Of a DNA stretch of 64,000 bases, positions 38,841 through 52,002 are shown in pieces. Under the pieces are notes generated by a model. It was given only the letters and a program-made list of their open reading frames with translations, made no database searches and was not told where the DNA came from. The first letter of the stretch is position 1; the number at the start of each line of letters is the position of its first letter. The DNA lies in NCBI GenBank assembly GCA_036867785.1, contig CP145425.1, forward strand, positions 310,001 through 374,000. Direction: 5' to 3'. Origin of the DNA: Plasmodiophora brassicae. Its lineage: Eukaryota. Both the position numbers and the translations under genes were made by a program.

Positions 38841-40345
38841 TCAAATAAGGTCGGCAACGTTCATAGGCATCTCGTCGATCTGGGTACCGTAGTACTGTTC
38901 GATGTCGCGCAGTATGCGAACGTCATCGTTCTTGACAAAGTTGATGGCGACGCCCTTGCGCCCGAAACGCCCGGACCGCCCGATACGGTGAATGTACAAC
39001 TCACGGTTCGTGGGCAGGTCGTAGTTGATCACCAGCGACACTTGCTGGACGTCGATACCGCGGCCGAAGATGTCGGTGGCGATCAGGACGCGGCTCTTGC
39101 CCGACCTGAACTCGTTCATGATCGCGTCACGTTCCGACTGGGGCATCTCGCTGTGCATAGCGGAGACGGTGAAATTGGCTTCTCGCATCTTCTCGGTGAG
39201 CCAATCGACCTTGCGTCGGGTGTTGCAGAAGATGACAGCCTGGGCAGAACAACGGTTCACTTTCGCCGTTAACAGCAGACCACAGCGAGAACCGGGAACG
39301 CACCTGCGTGATCGTTAACGTATCGTACAGGTCGCAGAGCGTGTCGAACTTCCACTCCTCCTTCTCAACCGCGACGAAGAACTGCTTGATACCTTCGAGC
39401 GTCAACTCATCGCGCTTTACCAGGATACGGACGGGGTTCGACATGAACTTGGTGGTCATCTCGAGGATCTCATGCGGCAGCGTGGCACTGATCAGAACGA
39501 CCTGCGTGGTCGGCGGCAGGTAACGATAAATATCGTATATCTGGTCCTTGAACCCCTGAGAAAGCATCTCGTCTGCTTCGTCGATGACCAGCATACGAAT
39601 GTGACGAGTCTCAAGAGCGCGCCTGCCGGGATACCATTAAGAGGCGTTGAAGCGCGGGACCCCGACACGTGCCCTACCGCTTAATCATGTCGTAGACACG
39701 GCCGGGCGTTCCAGAAACGGCATGCACGCCGGATTCGAGCGCGCGAATATCGTCGCCGACAGACTTTCCTCCAATGCACGCATGGCACCGGGCGTTCATG
39801 TAGTCGCCCAGCGCCAGCATTACGTTTCGCGACTGTTCGGCAAGTTCACGCGTTGGCGACAGAACCAAGGCTTGCAGGTCCTGCATGAAACTGTCATTAC
39901 TCGAATTCGACGCTCGACGAGGGCTTCGTATCAAACCTTCTTCTTCGTGTCGATCATTTGCAGGATTCCAACGCAGAAAATCGTCGTCTTGCCCGTTCCT
40001 GACTGCGACTGGGCAATGACATCACGACCTGGACAACGTCTGTCAGCGAACGAGGACGCAGACGATGCGCGAACGCATAATCGGCACCTGATAAGATCGG
40101 GACAATCGCCCGCTGTTGGATGGCGGATGGCCTTTCGAACCCATAATTGTAGATCCCACGCAGCAGATCCGGTTTAAGGTCCATATCGTCGAACGACGTC
40201 ACGATATCGATCTTGCCGGACGTCTCGTACAGCTCCTCGTTGTGATCTACCCGTCAACGTCAGCATGCGGCGCCGCATGCGCGCCAATCCGAACCCGTCT
40301 ATCCCCACCTGGCTTGGCTCGCTTCGTAGCGCTGCCCGACGCCAT
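38841..40345 (-). CDS. EIF4A3: DEAD-box helicase eIF4A-III (exon junction complex core)
   Basis: [68 protein letters not shown] and terminal [12 protein letters not shown]. Confidence 0.95.
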
Positions 40346-40572
40346 CGCATCGCCATCGTTCGTGCTGGCGTCGGCGCGGTGCTTGGACGTGTGCAGGCCG
40401 TCGGGGCTACGATCGCGTCGTCGTGATCCACTCATTGCCCCAATGCCCGCCACCGTCCACGGACTCCGTGAACTACCGACGGACCGACAGCCAACGACCG
40501 ACCACCGTTGGCCAACTGGCCATCGACTATCGAGCACTGTACCCGTCTTCGTACACACACACACAGACACCT

Positions 40573-41526
40573 TTATTGCATTGGGAAATCCATGGTGGAT
40601 TTGGAAGGTGGGCGCTTTTCTTGCCAGAGGCACTTCAAGGTGTAGACTGCGAGGCCTGAAGAGACGAGGACGGTAGCGGAGCAGAGCGCTTGATGGACGA
40701 CCCGTGGAGAGCCGACAACGTTTGGATTGAGGCAAGCCATGGTCTGCAGAATGCGGTACGCGACGTGCACGGCGATCTGGACCCAGATTCCCGGTACTGT
40801 GACGATGCGGCGTTTGCCCACCTCCATGCGCCGGTAGATCATCAGGCCGGATCGCAGGCCGAGTGCAACGTGCACGGGAACGCGCAGCACCGATCGAAAC
40901 GTCATGATCATCGACCGCCCGTTTATAAGCGTGTACAGGACCCCAGGGAGAAAGTGTGCCTTGAGGCACATGAGCAGTGCTTCCGCCATGCTGAACCCAA
41001 GAGACCCGGCCACAGCAAACAGCATGACTTGCGTCCGAGACGACAGCGGACGCTTACGAACCGCGAGCGTCGTTATCGTCCACTTGTGCAGCTCGCTGAA
41101 GACGGCCGGGAACACGCCCGATACAAAAACCACGTCCAACACGATTCGCCAGTTGTACCCTGCGCCCGACCGGACGCTATCATGACGCGGGTCTCCGATG
41201 AAGATCAGGAGCTCAGCGGCGGCCGCGCATGCCGCATTCGCTAACAGCGGCAGAACGGCAAGAATGTACCCGCGCGCGTACGCCATCGTCACCGCAACCA
41301 GCCCAACGTTGTCCTCGCGTTCGTTGTACCGGTTCCAGACGAGCAGCGCTATCGTCGGCAGCAGCATACCAGCGCCTGCACCGAGGATAGGTACCTGCTC
41401 AGCGATAACGGACACCGCGATCCATCCGCCCACGACCGTGGTCCAGAACAGCACCAGCAGGCCACGCTGCAGATGCGACGTCGACCCGCTGCCCATGGTG
41501 CTCTGGCCAGTGGACGGCAGTTTCAT
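40573..41526 (-). CDS. PrsW (M82)-like intramembrane protease family protein, degenerate motifs
   Basis: Multi-TM protein with SELHK (EExxK), GSLGFSMAE (FxxxE), RSVLRVPVH and HVAYR (HxxxN). Intronless. Confidence 0.6.
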   Translation of the reverse strand: MKLPSTGQSTMGSGSTSHLQRGLLVLFWTTVVGGWIAVSVIAEQVPILGAGAGMLLPTIALLVWNRYNEREDNVGLVAVTMAYARGYILAVLPLLANAACAAAAELLIFIGDPRHDSVRSGAGYNWRIVLDVVFVSGVFPAVFSELHKWTITTLAVRKRPLSSRTQVMLFAVAGSLGFSMAEALLMCLKAHFLPGVLYTLINGRSMIMTFRSVLRVPVHVALGLRSGLMIYRRMEVGKRRIVTVPGIWVQIAVHVAYRILQTMACLNPNVVGSPRVVHQALCSATVLVSSGLAVYTLKCLWQEKRPPSKSTMDFPMQ

Positions 41527-41771
41527 GCGAGGTTTCCGCTATTTCTGGCGGGTCCCGCACTGTGCGCTAAGTGCAGCTTGCCAAAGCCAGCACTACAAAA
41601 GGGTGCGGTGAGATTACCGTAATTGCCGTACAGTTGCGATCCCGCTTCGCCTGGTTATTACTAGGGCGGGCCGCGGGTCGTCTATATCTGTGGGATGCGG
41701 TACACGGGTCGATCATTGGAGTCAATCGTCGTTGGCGTGGTGGTGTGCGGGTCGGCAGACCCCGCGGGCCA

Positions 41772-43418
41772 ATGTTCGTCAACAAGAGCCTGTTCGACGA
41801 CGAGTCGTGCGACCTGCAGAGCGAGCCGGTGCGCCCGCCAAACCTGGTGGACGCCGGCCAGTCGTACGGGTTCGACGCCACCAACGATGGCACCGACGGC
41901 AAGAAGTCCAAGATGAAGGACATGCTGGCCGAGCAAAGGTCTGGTTGCTTTCGGCGGAATCGGGAATCCGAGCTGAACGCCCTGTTAGAGCGCTGGCCGC
42001 CAAGAAGAAGGACGCCAGGCGGGTGGTCGGCGCCGTGAATGGCGTCACCATGATCCGGAACGACCCGGTCTCCGCATCGACTAAATCGCGAACCTTAGCG
42101 CAAGGGCACAGCTTCGACGACTCGAACGAGATACCAGTGAGAGCCGTATTGCCACCTGGGGTTACTGCCCGTGTCCTGACGGGCGCCAGCAGGACGGGAA
42201 GATTGGTTCGTCGGATGGGAGCAGCATCGACCAAATCGACCCGATATACGACCCGAAGGAGCAGAAGGTGGTCGCGATCAAAGGGCCCGAAGTCGAGGCC
42301 GAGAAGAACGCCGAAGCGACGAACGCCCCGGTGGACCTAAGCGACATGAACCGGTTCCTGACGTCGCCCGCATCGGCCCCGCTCCAATGCTACATCGTCC
42401 GGATCAAGGATAGCATCAAGAGCAGGCTGTACCCCAAGTACGAGTTGTACCTGAAGAACGGCGACCGTCTGATCCTGGCCGCCAAGAAGAGGTGACGCAC
42501 GTCCGCTTACCCTCCACCGCCCTGCTCCCATGTCGTGACGGCGCATTGCAATTCAGGACGAAGAACAAGTCGTCGAACTACCTGATCTCGAAGGACAGCA
42601 ACGACCTGAACAAGGCGTCGCCGAACTTCCTCGGCAAGCTCCGATCGAACTTCATCGGCACCGAGTTCGCCATCTACGACAATGGGCAATCGGAGAAGGC
42701 CGTCTCGAAGGGCGGATCCGCCGGCACCCCGAAACGAAAGGTAGCGTCGGAACGACCGGGCACGGGTCGATTCGCGTCCAACGTGTGGGTTCATGCAGGA
42801 TCTGGGGTGCATCTTTTACCAGTCGAACATACTAGGGTCGAGGGGCCCCCGCAAGATGACGGTTCTGCTGCCCACAAAGTAGGTCGTCGCGCCCGGCGCC
42901 GCTGTCGATTTGACACGTTGACTGAAGCGGCAGGGTGTCCGGCAGCCCGGGCGAGGTCGACATCAGCGAGGCGTTCAAGAGCGGGACGCACCTGAACAAC
43001 GCGCGGATCGTCTCCCTGGAGAACAAATCGCCAAAGTGGAGCGACCGTAAGCCCCTACCCGCGTCCGTCCGCGTGCGCGCGATCCCCCCATCGTCTAACG
43101 CGTCGCGCCAGAGGTCGGCGCCTACGTCCTCAACTTCAACGGGCGCGTCACGATGGCCAGCGTGAAGAACTTCCAGCTCATACAGAGCGGGACGGACGGC
43201 TCGGCGGCGGGCGCGACGCCGGCGACGCCGGAAGGCCCCGTCATCATGCAGTTTGGACGCGTCTCCAAGGACAACTTCACGATGGATTTCCGGTACGAAC
43301 CTTCCCCCCGCCAGCCAGCCGCACGCGCTGATCGCACGCGTACAGGGCCCCGCTGTCTCCGTTGCAGGCGTTCGCCATCGCCCTGAGCAGCTTCGACTAC
43401 AAGCTGGCCTGCGAATAG
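41772..43418 (+). CDS. Tubby-like protein, multi-exon
   Basis: [70 protein letters not shown] and [16 protein letters not shown]. Confidence 0.95.
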
Positions 43419-43549
43419 GGCCGGACGCGCGCGGTCGGGTCCCCTCATTCACCGTTTATATAGACGCAAAGGATGGAACCCGAATGCCATCGGCACACTC
43501 ATTGCGGCGGCGACCGGGCATACACCTGCGAGCAACACACACACACGGG

Positions 43550-44205
43550 TCACGGTCGGCGTATGGCCCCCATACGGGCGAGACGCAGACGTACGCGAAC
43601 AGTGCCTGGGTAGGGCAGCGGGCGGCGCTCCGCCTGTCGGCGTCGCCGGTGCGGCCGATCGACGCAGGTGGCCGCCTTGCCCGTGTCGCGGCACCGGCGG
43701 CACGGGCGCTGCTTGTCGCAGCCGAGCTTGTGCTTGGCGCAGCTGACGCAGGCGACCTTGGTGGCGTAGCGCGGGTTCGTCGGCGTGCGTTGCACCTCGG
43801 TCAGCGGCGGCGGCGGCATCGGGTCCGCGACGTCGACGAACGCGGGCGCCGGGTCAAACTGTGTGAGGCACGGCGCCCCCGGTCAGCGCTGCGGGCGGAT
43901 GGCGGGAACGCAGCGGACCAACGCACGACCGACGTGTACATCTTCGGCGGGTACGGCGACGCCGTCGCCGCCGACTGTATCAGCATGGGGTCGGCGGGCG
44001 GGAACAGGTGCGCCGACAGCAGGTCGGAGAACGACGACTCGGACGACGTGTGCCGCATCGACGCGTACGGCGTGTGGTCCGTGTCCGTCTCGACGCCGTC
44101 CTGGTCGGCGGCGTCGTCATCGTCGTCGGTCAGCAGCCAGGGTTCGTCCGGCGGCGCCCGGTCCAGGTCGCCGGACGGCCGATTCGTACCGCCGGCGGTC
44201 GACAT
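43550..44205 (-). CDS. small Zn(II)2Cys6 (GAL4-type) cluster protein
   Basis: ACVSCAKHKLGCDKQRPCRRCRDTGKAATC (Cx2Cx6Cx5Cx2Cx8C) after an acidic N-terminal exon. Confidence 0.82.
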
Positions 44206-44514
44206 CGCGGGTCGGTATCGGGCGCGGATCGGACGAACACGGCTCTGGCGTATCGGTCGGAGACGGCTCCTCCCCCCGCCCGGGGGGACACGCGCGCGCG
44301 CACGTCCACCCCCGCCACAATCGACCGGAGCCCATCGCTACCTGAAGCGGCTACGCGCAGGGGTCCCGTACCCGCCTCTTCGGGATGGTTTCCGAGGCCT
44401 GGCAAGAGGCGGGGCCTCTGCGAGTGCACAGGAACGACGGCAGCAACAGCACCGCCGACACACACAGACGGTGTTGGTTGCGCCGCCGCCAGGCAGGCCA
44501 GCGGGCGGGCGCCC

Positions 44515-47498
44515 ATGTCGATCAACGCGAAGTCGTCGATGCGCGTGTCGGGCGACAATCCCGCGGCGACGAAAACGCTGACCGACCTGAACTCCAAGTC
44601 GATCATGTTCGGGTCGCGGAAGACGAAAGGTACCGCGCCCGAGGCCAGCGACGGGCGCGCGTTCCTGATGGTTCGCATATGGCGCGGCAGCGTCCACGCG
44701 ATCGGGCAAGCAGCATGCGGCGGATCCAACCCGGATCCTCATCAACGGGGTCGATTGCACGCCGCGCCCCCTGGTCGACGTCCCGAAAGCCAAGAAGTCC
44801 AAGTCCAAGTCGAAGAAGGTCGGCGCGCGTGCCGTCCCGGTGCGCCCGCGTTAAACGAATCATCATCAGACCAGCGGACAGGACCGAACGTCGACGGGAT
44901 CCAGCATCTCGTCGCTGGCCAGATCCAGCTCCGTTGCAGGGAGCAATCTGACCCGAGAAGGTCCACCTGCACCGCCCTGCACGTGCCGTCATCGTTTGAC
45001 GTTATTGTCGGAAGGCGGGAGCGTACTCGGCCCATTGGACGGGAGCGCATCGTTCGTCGGGTCCGACGTCAGCGAGTCGTTGGACGGGACGCAGGCGACC
45101 AGCAGCGAAGCGGACGCGTCCGAGTTCGGCGCCGCCCGATCCGACGTCGACGGCGCCGACTCGGAGCACAACGTACCGTCGGAGCCCACCGAGGAGGACC
45201 TGACCGTCCAGGTTTCGCGATGTTCGTCGTCGCCCGGTCGGCGTGCCGCTGACTTGTCGCAGGCGGCCGTGCAGGAAACGCCCAAGCACGACTGGACGTC
45301 GCAGGAGCTGAACGAGCTCATTGAAGTGCGTCTGACGGAATCGGGCACGACGACGTTGCTGAACCTGCCGTCGCTCTGCATCTGGTCGAAGCAGGCCGAC
45401 CTGGCCGCCCAGGCCGAGGTAAACCGGCGGCACACACGCACAGGAGCCCCCATTCTGGCACGCCGCTGAGGCGCCCATCGAAACACAGGCGGAGAACGCG
45501 CGTTATGCACAGCGGGTGACCTCCCGGATGACGTCGTCGGAGAGGGCGGCGCAGACGTTCAACCCGCCGATGAAGACGAAGGAGGTGCAGGCGAAACCGC
45601 CCGCCAAGTTCAGCGTCGGTGGCCATTCGTTCCGCTGCAGGGCCACACCTCTGATCGGGGCTTGCCAACACAGGTGTCGTGCCAGAGTTCGCGGTGGGAC
45701 ATTTACGATTCGCGCGCAGAGGACAGCAACGACGCCGATCCCAAGCCGACAGGTGGGTCGCAGTGGCAGGCGTGGGGCCGGCGCCTGACGTCGGATGACA
45801 CACGCACGCAGGGAGGCGGTCGGTGTCCCACACGAAGCTGCTGAGGTCGTTGTCGATCATGGAGAAGGCGTTGATCCAGAACCAGATCCACGGCAAGCAC
45901 CTCCTGTATCGCAACCAGCAGCAGGCGCCGGCAGCGACGCCAGCGGCACCAGCAGCGCCAATGTCGTGCCGTGCGTTCCAATGCCCACCCGTACTGACCC
46001 TGCGTCGTTCGTCAGGACGAGACCGTCGCTGGATAGGACGGCGTCGGTGGTTGCCGCCCTGCAGAAATCGGCGCCGGTGGTGGAGACGAACGCGGACGCG
46101 GGCGAGGCGCCCGCCGGGACGCTGGACAGGCTCTGGAGCTACAGCTGCGCCCACGTGTACGATCCGGATATTAGGGCCGGCCCGTCATATACGCTGACGC
46201 GCGCGCGCACTGACATGGTGGCACAGGCTGGGGCACAACATCACGTCGATGGACTGGAACAAGGCGAACGCCGACGTGCTGGCCGTCGGGTACGGCCAGG
46301 CGGATTTCTCGACGACGTCGACGGCGTCGGTGAAGCTGTACGACGACAGCCCGGGCATGATCGCCGTCTGGACGCTCAAGAACCCGGACTACCCCAGTCG
46401 GATCTTCAGGTCGCAGGTCGGCGTCACGAGCCTCGACTTCAGCCAGGACAACCCGCAGTTGCTCGCCGGTAGGCGGGGTGTTGTTCCCCTGGTGTGGTCG
46501 TTGCGGTCGTTTGACAGGTTGGACAGCCGGGCTCTACGACGGCTCGCTGGTGATATACGATGTGAGGGCGCCCGGCAACGCACCCATCCTGAAGGCGGCG
46601 AGTGGGACGCACAGCCACAGCGATCCGGTCTGGGGCGTCAAGTGGGCGTCGAAGGGCGCGCAGCAGCACAGCGAGGTCGTCATGTCGATATCGACGGACG
46701 GGCACGTCAAGCAGTGGAGCATGAAGAAGGGCCTGTACGCGCAGGACATCATGGTCCTGAAGCGGGTGCATAACCAGTCGCAAATGACGACCGAGACCGG
46801 TGCGCGTAACGCTCCCGCGCTGTGCACCCTCGCTGACCGATAACGGGTGTCGCGCAGGTGAAGGCATGATCAATCGGCACGGGTCGAGCCTCTGTTTCGA
46901 TTTCTCCAAGGTGGACCCGACGCTGTACCTGGCGGGGACCGAGGACGGCGTCGTGCACAAGTGCTCGCAGTCGTACAACGAGCAGGTCATCGAGAGCTAC
47001 TTCGGGCACACCGGCCCGATCAACCGCCTGAAAGTGTCGCCCTTCGTCGACGGCGTGTTCCTGACGTGCTCCACCGACTGGACCGTCCGCCTCTGGTCGC
47101 AGAAGTCCACCCAGTCGATCATGTCGCTCCAGAGCGGCTACGACTACATCAACGACGTGGACTGGTCCCCTTCCAACTCGTGCGTCTTCGCGTCCGCCTC
47201 ACGAGATGGCCGTTTGGATGTATGTCAGCGGCACGGGGTTGGCGGGTCCCCGTTATTAACGCTGTCTATGGCCCAGGTCTGGAACATTGAAGCGTCGCCG
47301 ATCAGCCCCTGGATCACGGAGACGATGGAGGACGACACGAACCTAACGACGGTCCTGTTCAGCCCGAACGCCCCCGTGGTCGTCTGTGGGACCCAGACCG
47401 GGATCGTGCACGTCTACCGACTCGGGGGCCTGACCGACGGAGGCCCGCCCGCCCAGCAGCAGACGCGCCTGAACAAGATCATCAGCGCCGACAACTGA
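44515..47498 (+). CDS. WDR78: axonemal dynein intermediate chain, WDR78/IC138-like, multi-exon
   Basis: IEVRLTESGT..L, RAAQTFN, MEKALIQN, WTLKNPDYP, HSDPVW and GTEDGVVHKCSQSYNEQ..GHTGPI...FLTCSTDWTVRLW. Confidence 0.85.
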
Positions 47499-47525
47499 AT
47501 GTATATAGGATTATCGTCTCCGGGG

Positions 47526-50500
47526 CTAGGCCGTGTCGGGCGTCAGCGATGACGACCGCGAGTCGGCGACGGGATGCTGCTGCTGGGTGTCGGGCGACGA
47601 CGCATAGGTCGTTATACGCGACACGGCGCCCGTTTGGTCGGTGGACGCCTCGGAGCCGCCGGTATCCGACCTGATCTTCTGCTGTATGCGCCTGCTGATG
47701 CTGATGCTGTTCCGCGTCGGGTCGTTGCGGTGGAATTCGTGGCGGCGGTGCTGGACGACGTTCTGGATGCGCTTGACGAAGTCGGGGTGATCCTCCAGCA
47801 TCGTGGCGAAGTGCGCCTTGTCCAGGCGGACGAGATGGGTCGGTTCGATGGCGATGATCGAGGCGGAGCGGACGCCCCCGCTCAGCATGGCCGCTTCGCC
47901 GAAGCACGTCCCCGGGTGCAGGAACTTGACCGGGACGATCGCGCCGGGCAGCACCAATCCGACGAGGCCCTTCAGGATGAAGTACACGCTGTCGCCAATG
48001 TCGCCGTTCTATGGCAGATCGTCAATGGCGGGACGGGGACAGGCAGGGCGAGGGCGGGCGCCACCTGGAAGATGAACTGCTCGGCGGGTATGGACACGAA
48101 CGTCATGTGGCCGACGATGGGTCGCAGCATGCTGGCGGACACCTTCTCGAACAGCGCCGAGGTCATCAGGATCTTCCCGCAGATCTCCATCATGACGTCC
48201 TGGCGCAGGCACAGGGGCAGGTCGCCCAGGGCCACCTCCGGATCCACGCCCCGGTTCGACTGGTCCTGCGCGGGGGGAACATCGCGTTACGCATCCGGAC
48301 GCGACCAGCGCTGACAGGTTAGCGGACCTCGTACTGGAAGAACCGGAACGCGTCCGTTCGCAGCTCGACCGGCACGTTCAGCGTCGACAGGATCGCGTCC
48401 GTCCGTCGGACGCGGTGGTGGAAGTCGTTATCGGCCACGTCGATGCGGGCGATCAGGTTGCCGACGCGGCCTTCGTTCATTGGCGGGATCAGCCACGGGA
48501 GAGCGGTGCGTTGCAGCAGACGCACCGATGACGTAGCCGACGACGAACAGGCCGGCGATGCTGGTTGCGATGGTGTAGACGAACTCCAGGGTGGTCGTCG
48601 GGGCCGCCAGGGACCCGATCCGGATCAGCACCTTCAGCGAGAAGAACAGGCCGTGGGAGTAACGCGACCCGGGCGTCGAATGCGACAGGTTAAAGGGGAT
48701 GGCCCAGGACGTCGCGTCGTTGCGCGCCCCGTACCCGTCGAACGTGTTGACGATCAGATACCTGTGTTCGCGTTAGCTGTACTGTCGTTCAGCAACACCG
48801 GACCGGGACAGGAGGACCCGCAGGTGGTGACGTGGACGACGGCGAGGAAATGCGCCGTCATCTTCATCAGCTGGGCCAGGCTGGCCTCGAAGTACACGTG
48901 GAGCTGCTGGTCCAGCAGGGCGTTCAGCCTGGACACCCAGACGAGCTTGTTGATGCGCATCCAGGGGTTGCTGGGCATCGCCACGCCGGCCGGGACGCAC
49001 CCGATCAGGTACCACCAGAACTGTCGGGATCGCAAGAACCGTCGCTCGATGTTCCTCGGCGCCACCTCCAGCGTCCCGTTCGGCAGGGAGACGCATAACC
49101 GAAACCGCAGGATTAAATCGACGAACATGATCGCGTTGCTGACCGTGTCGAATGCGATTCCGCCAGGCGTCACTAGGCTTTCGTTCGTCGACAGGAGCAC
49201 CGACAGGCGCACCGACATGGCCACGATGACAAGCAGGACGATCGTTTCCCATCTAGACAGGTTTGCTAAGGATTCGGAACTTGTCAGATGGGGGCGGACG
49301 CCCAACCTTTGCCACATCGGGTGCAGCGGATGTATCGTGAACGTCTTCGCGATGTGCCACGTCTTCTGCGCCCTTTGCCGCCACGTCCTCCTCCTGCCGC
49401 GCACCGTGAACCAAACCGAATACCGGATCTTTCGCCATCGCGCTCGAGCCTTCTTCGCCTGTGATGCGCTCGCATGAGCGCGGGCCGGTGGCCGCACCAG
49501 CATTGGTGACGACGAACCTCAGCGTCGCCACGTTCGACCTGGTCGATTTCAATGCGCCTGTTCTGGTCCGTCTGCGCCTGGATACGCGCTTTGAACGCGC
49601 CCAGGACCGCGTTCGTGTCGTGCGCGTACAGGCGCGCCAGCGTCTGCCATTTGTCGTGCGACAGGCAGTACAACTCGCAAGGGCTCAGCGCCTGGCCGAC
49701 GTCAATCCACCTGGCCGATTGGCATCGTCACGGGCCGTACCTGCGCGGTCACGATGTACCGCTCGCCAGGAAGGATGGCCACCTCGCCAAAGACGGTCTG
49801 GCCGGTGAGGATGCTCGTGCGCGTGTACCGTCCCGCACTGCTGCAGTACAGCAGGGAGACACGCCCGGACTTCATGAAGAACAGGTTCTGGGCCTTGGCG
49901 TCCTGCGTGCAGATGACCTCGTCGGCGACCTGTCGCGCACCCGGGTTCACAGCGCCGCCGTGATGAACGCTGCCAGAGCGCTTTCGTACCGTGTAGCGCT
50001 GCCGCAGGCTGCTGACGAAGCAGCGCTTGGCGGCGGGCGACATGCTGTTCAGGAACGGCATGCTGTCGAACATGTCCTTCAGGATGTGCATGACGACCAG
50101 CGTCTTCAGGTTGTGTGGCAGGCGGTCGATCTCCGATCCGGAGATCAGCGAGTTGTGCTTCGACCCTGAGGCAGACCCGCGTTGAGCGCAGGACTATGCG
50201 CACAGGTCAGGTGTTCGCCGTACACAGGTACCGGTAGTGGTTCTGGATGCGCAATTGCAGGCCCTTCGATATCTTATGCTGCCTGCCAGACGCGGTCGGG
50301 GATCAGCGCAGCGCATGCCAGTCAGGTCAGCCAGGACCCACTTCAGGAATCGTTGGCAGTAGTGCCGTTTCTGGTCGTGGACTACCCAGGCGTCGTCCAG
50401 CGCGTTCCCGGCAATGTCGATGGACCCGACCTGGGCAGCAGGCGGTTACAACGGCGATGACGACGACGACGGCGACGGTTTCGAACGTGGCCTACCACGT

Positions 50501-51886
50501 AAGCCAGGAGCATGATTGATATGAGGGAGACGGCCAGCGTGAAGATAATCTCGAGGTTGGTAACTGGTTGCGGCGTTTCCGCCTGGGAGAACATCAGCCC
50601 GACGGCGAAGTACATCGCGGACAGGTATTGCTGCAGGAGGCTGGATTCGAGCAGTTCGCGACTCGGAAGCCAGTTGTTCTCCCCGAAACCCTGTCATCGA
50701 ATCAGGTCCTAAATAGGAACGCGCGCTTTCACGTACACGCACCTCGATCCACCCGAGCCCGAACCAGATGCACGCGACGTAATGGCAGAGCAGGACGGCG
50801 TAGATGATGAGCTTCGTGACGCGTACGAGCGACAGGTTCACGTCGCGCGAGTGCTCCAGGTCGCGAATCAGCAGGACGCAATGGAACACGGACATCAGCT
50901 TATTGGCGCCCAGGATCGGCGACGTGTGCGGCAACCACAACCGAATAATGTCCTACGGGCCACTCAGGCCGCGCATCACGAGCTCTAACGACGACGGGCG
51001 TTTACCATGGGCACGGACGCGACCAGGTCGATGGCAAAGCTGCCGTTCAGGTAATGTTTTCGAATGCGGGCCGGGTCGCGGATCAGGCGGCCTTCGTCCA
51101 TGAACCCCTGGGGAACGGTGCCGCTGCGTGTGAGGGATCGAGCGGTGGCACGGCCCTTGTAGCAGTCGACGGTGCGTACCGTGCGGAACTTGCGGACAAT
51201 GTCCAGGATGAAGAACGCGTCGATGACGATGGAGACGGCCGTCAGCAGGACGCTATCCGTCTCGAATGCTGGGCGACACCGTTATATAGGGACGCCAGGC
51301 GGTGCGGATCGTGACCGACCGGTCTCGAACGGCACGGCGTACACGGCGAACGTGATCATGGCCGTCAGTATCGTCAACCACACGGTGACGAACGGCGAAT
51401 CCGGTGCGAATATAACGGGCCTGTCTCAAGTGTAAACCAACAGAAGAGTTATCGTATCGGCGGGTACCCGTGCAGGGCCTCCTCGCTCTCCACAACGACG
51501 TCTTCGTCGTCATCGTCGCCGTCGTCGCTTTTAGGGTTGACGATCACGACATGAGGCTGCTGGTTGCTGCCGTAGGCAGCGGATTCCGATTCGCGGACGA
51601 CGGAGAGGCGCTTCGAGATGGTCGTTGACGACGACGCTCGCGAGTGCGCCGACTCGAACAAGGAGACACGCAGGCGCGACGCAATCATCGATACGAGCGA
51701 CTGGTGGCGGGGGCGCCCATAGATCTCGTCCCCGTCCCGCACCGAAACGCCTTTGCTCTCGTCGGACACCAACTTGTTGTCCGAATGCTGCTCGTCCGAC
51801 GTCGACGTCAACTCCTCCTTCACCGCTCCCCACGCCGTCGGCAATGGCATGGGCGCCACGACATACTTGCCTCGCGTCGTCGTCAT
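47526..51886 (-). CDS. cyclic-nucleotide-gated-type cation channel with two tandem [6TM + C-linker + CNBD] repeats
   Basis: Two S5 signatures (HYVAC / HVTTC), two pore loops (FSQAETPQP / IRIGSLAAP) and two CNBDs (FGEVAIL / FGEAAML..RSAS). Many introns. Confidence 0.85.
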
Positions 51887-52002
51887 CGTCCCATTTGACG
51901 TGTACACTAATCGGCAAACACGCGGGTCGAATGGTGTACTGTCGTTAACTTGTGCAAGTTTGCTGCTGTATGCATTGGGAATGGGGTCGCCCACCAACAG
52001 GC

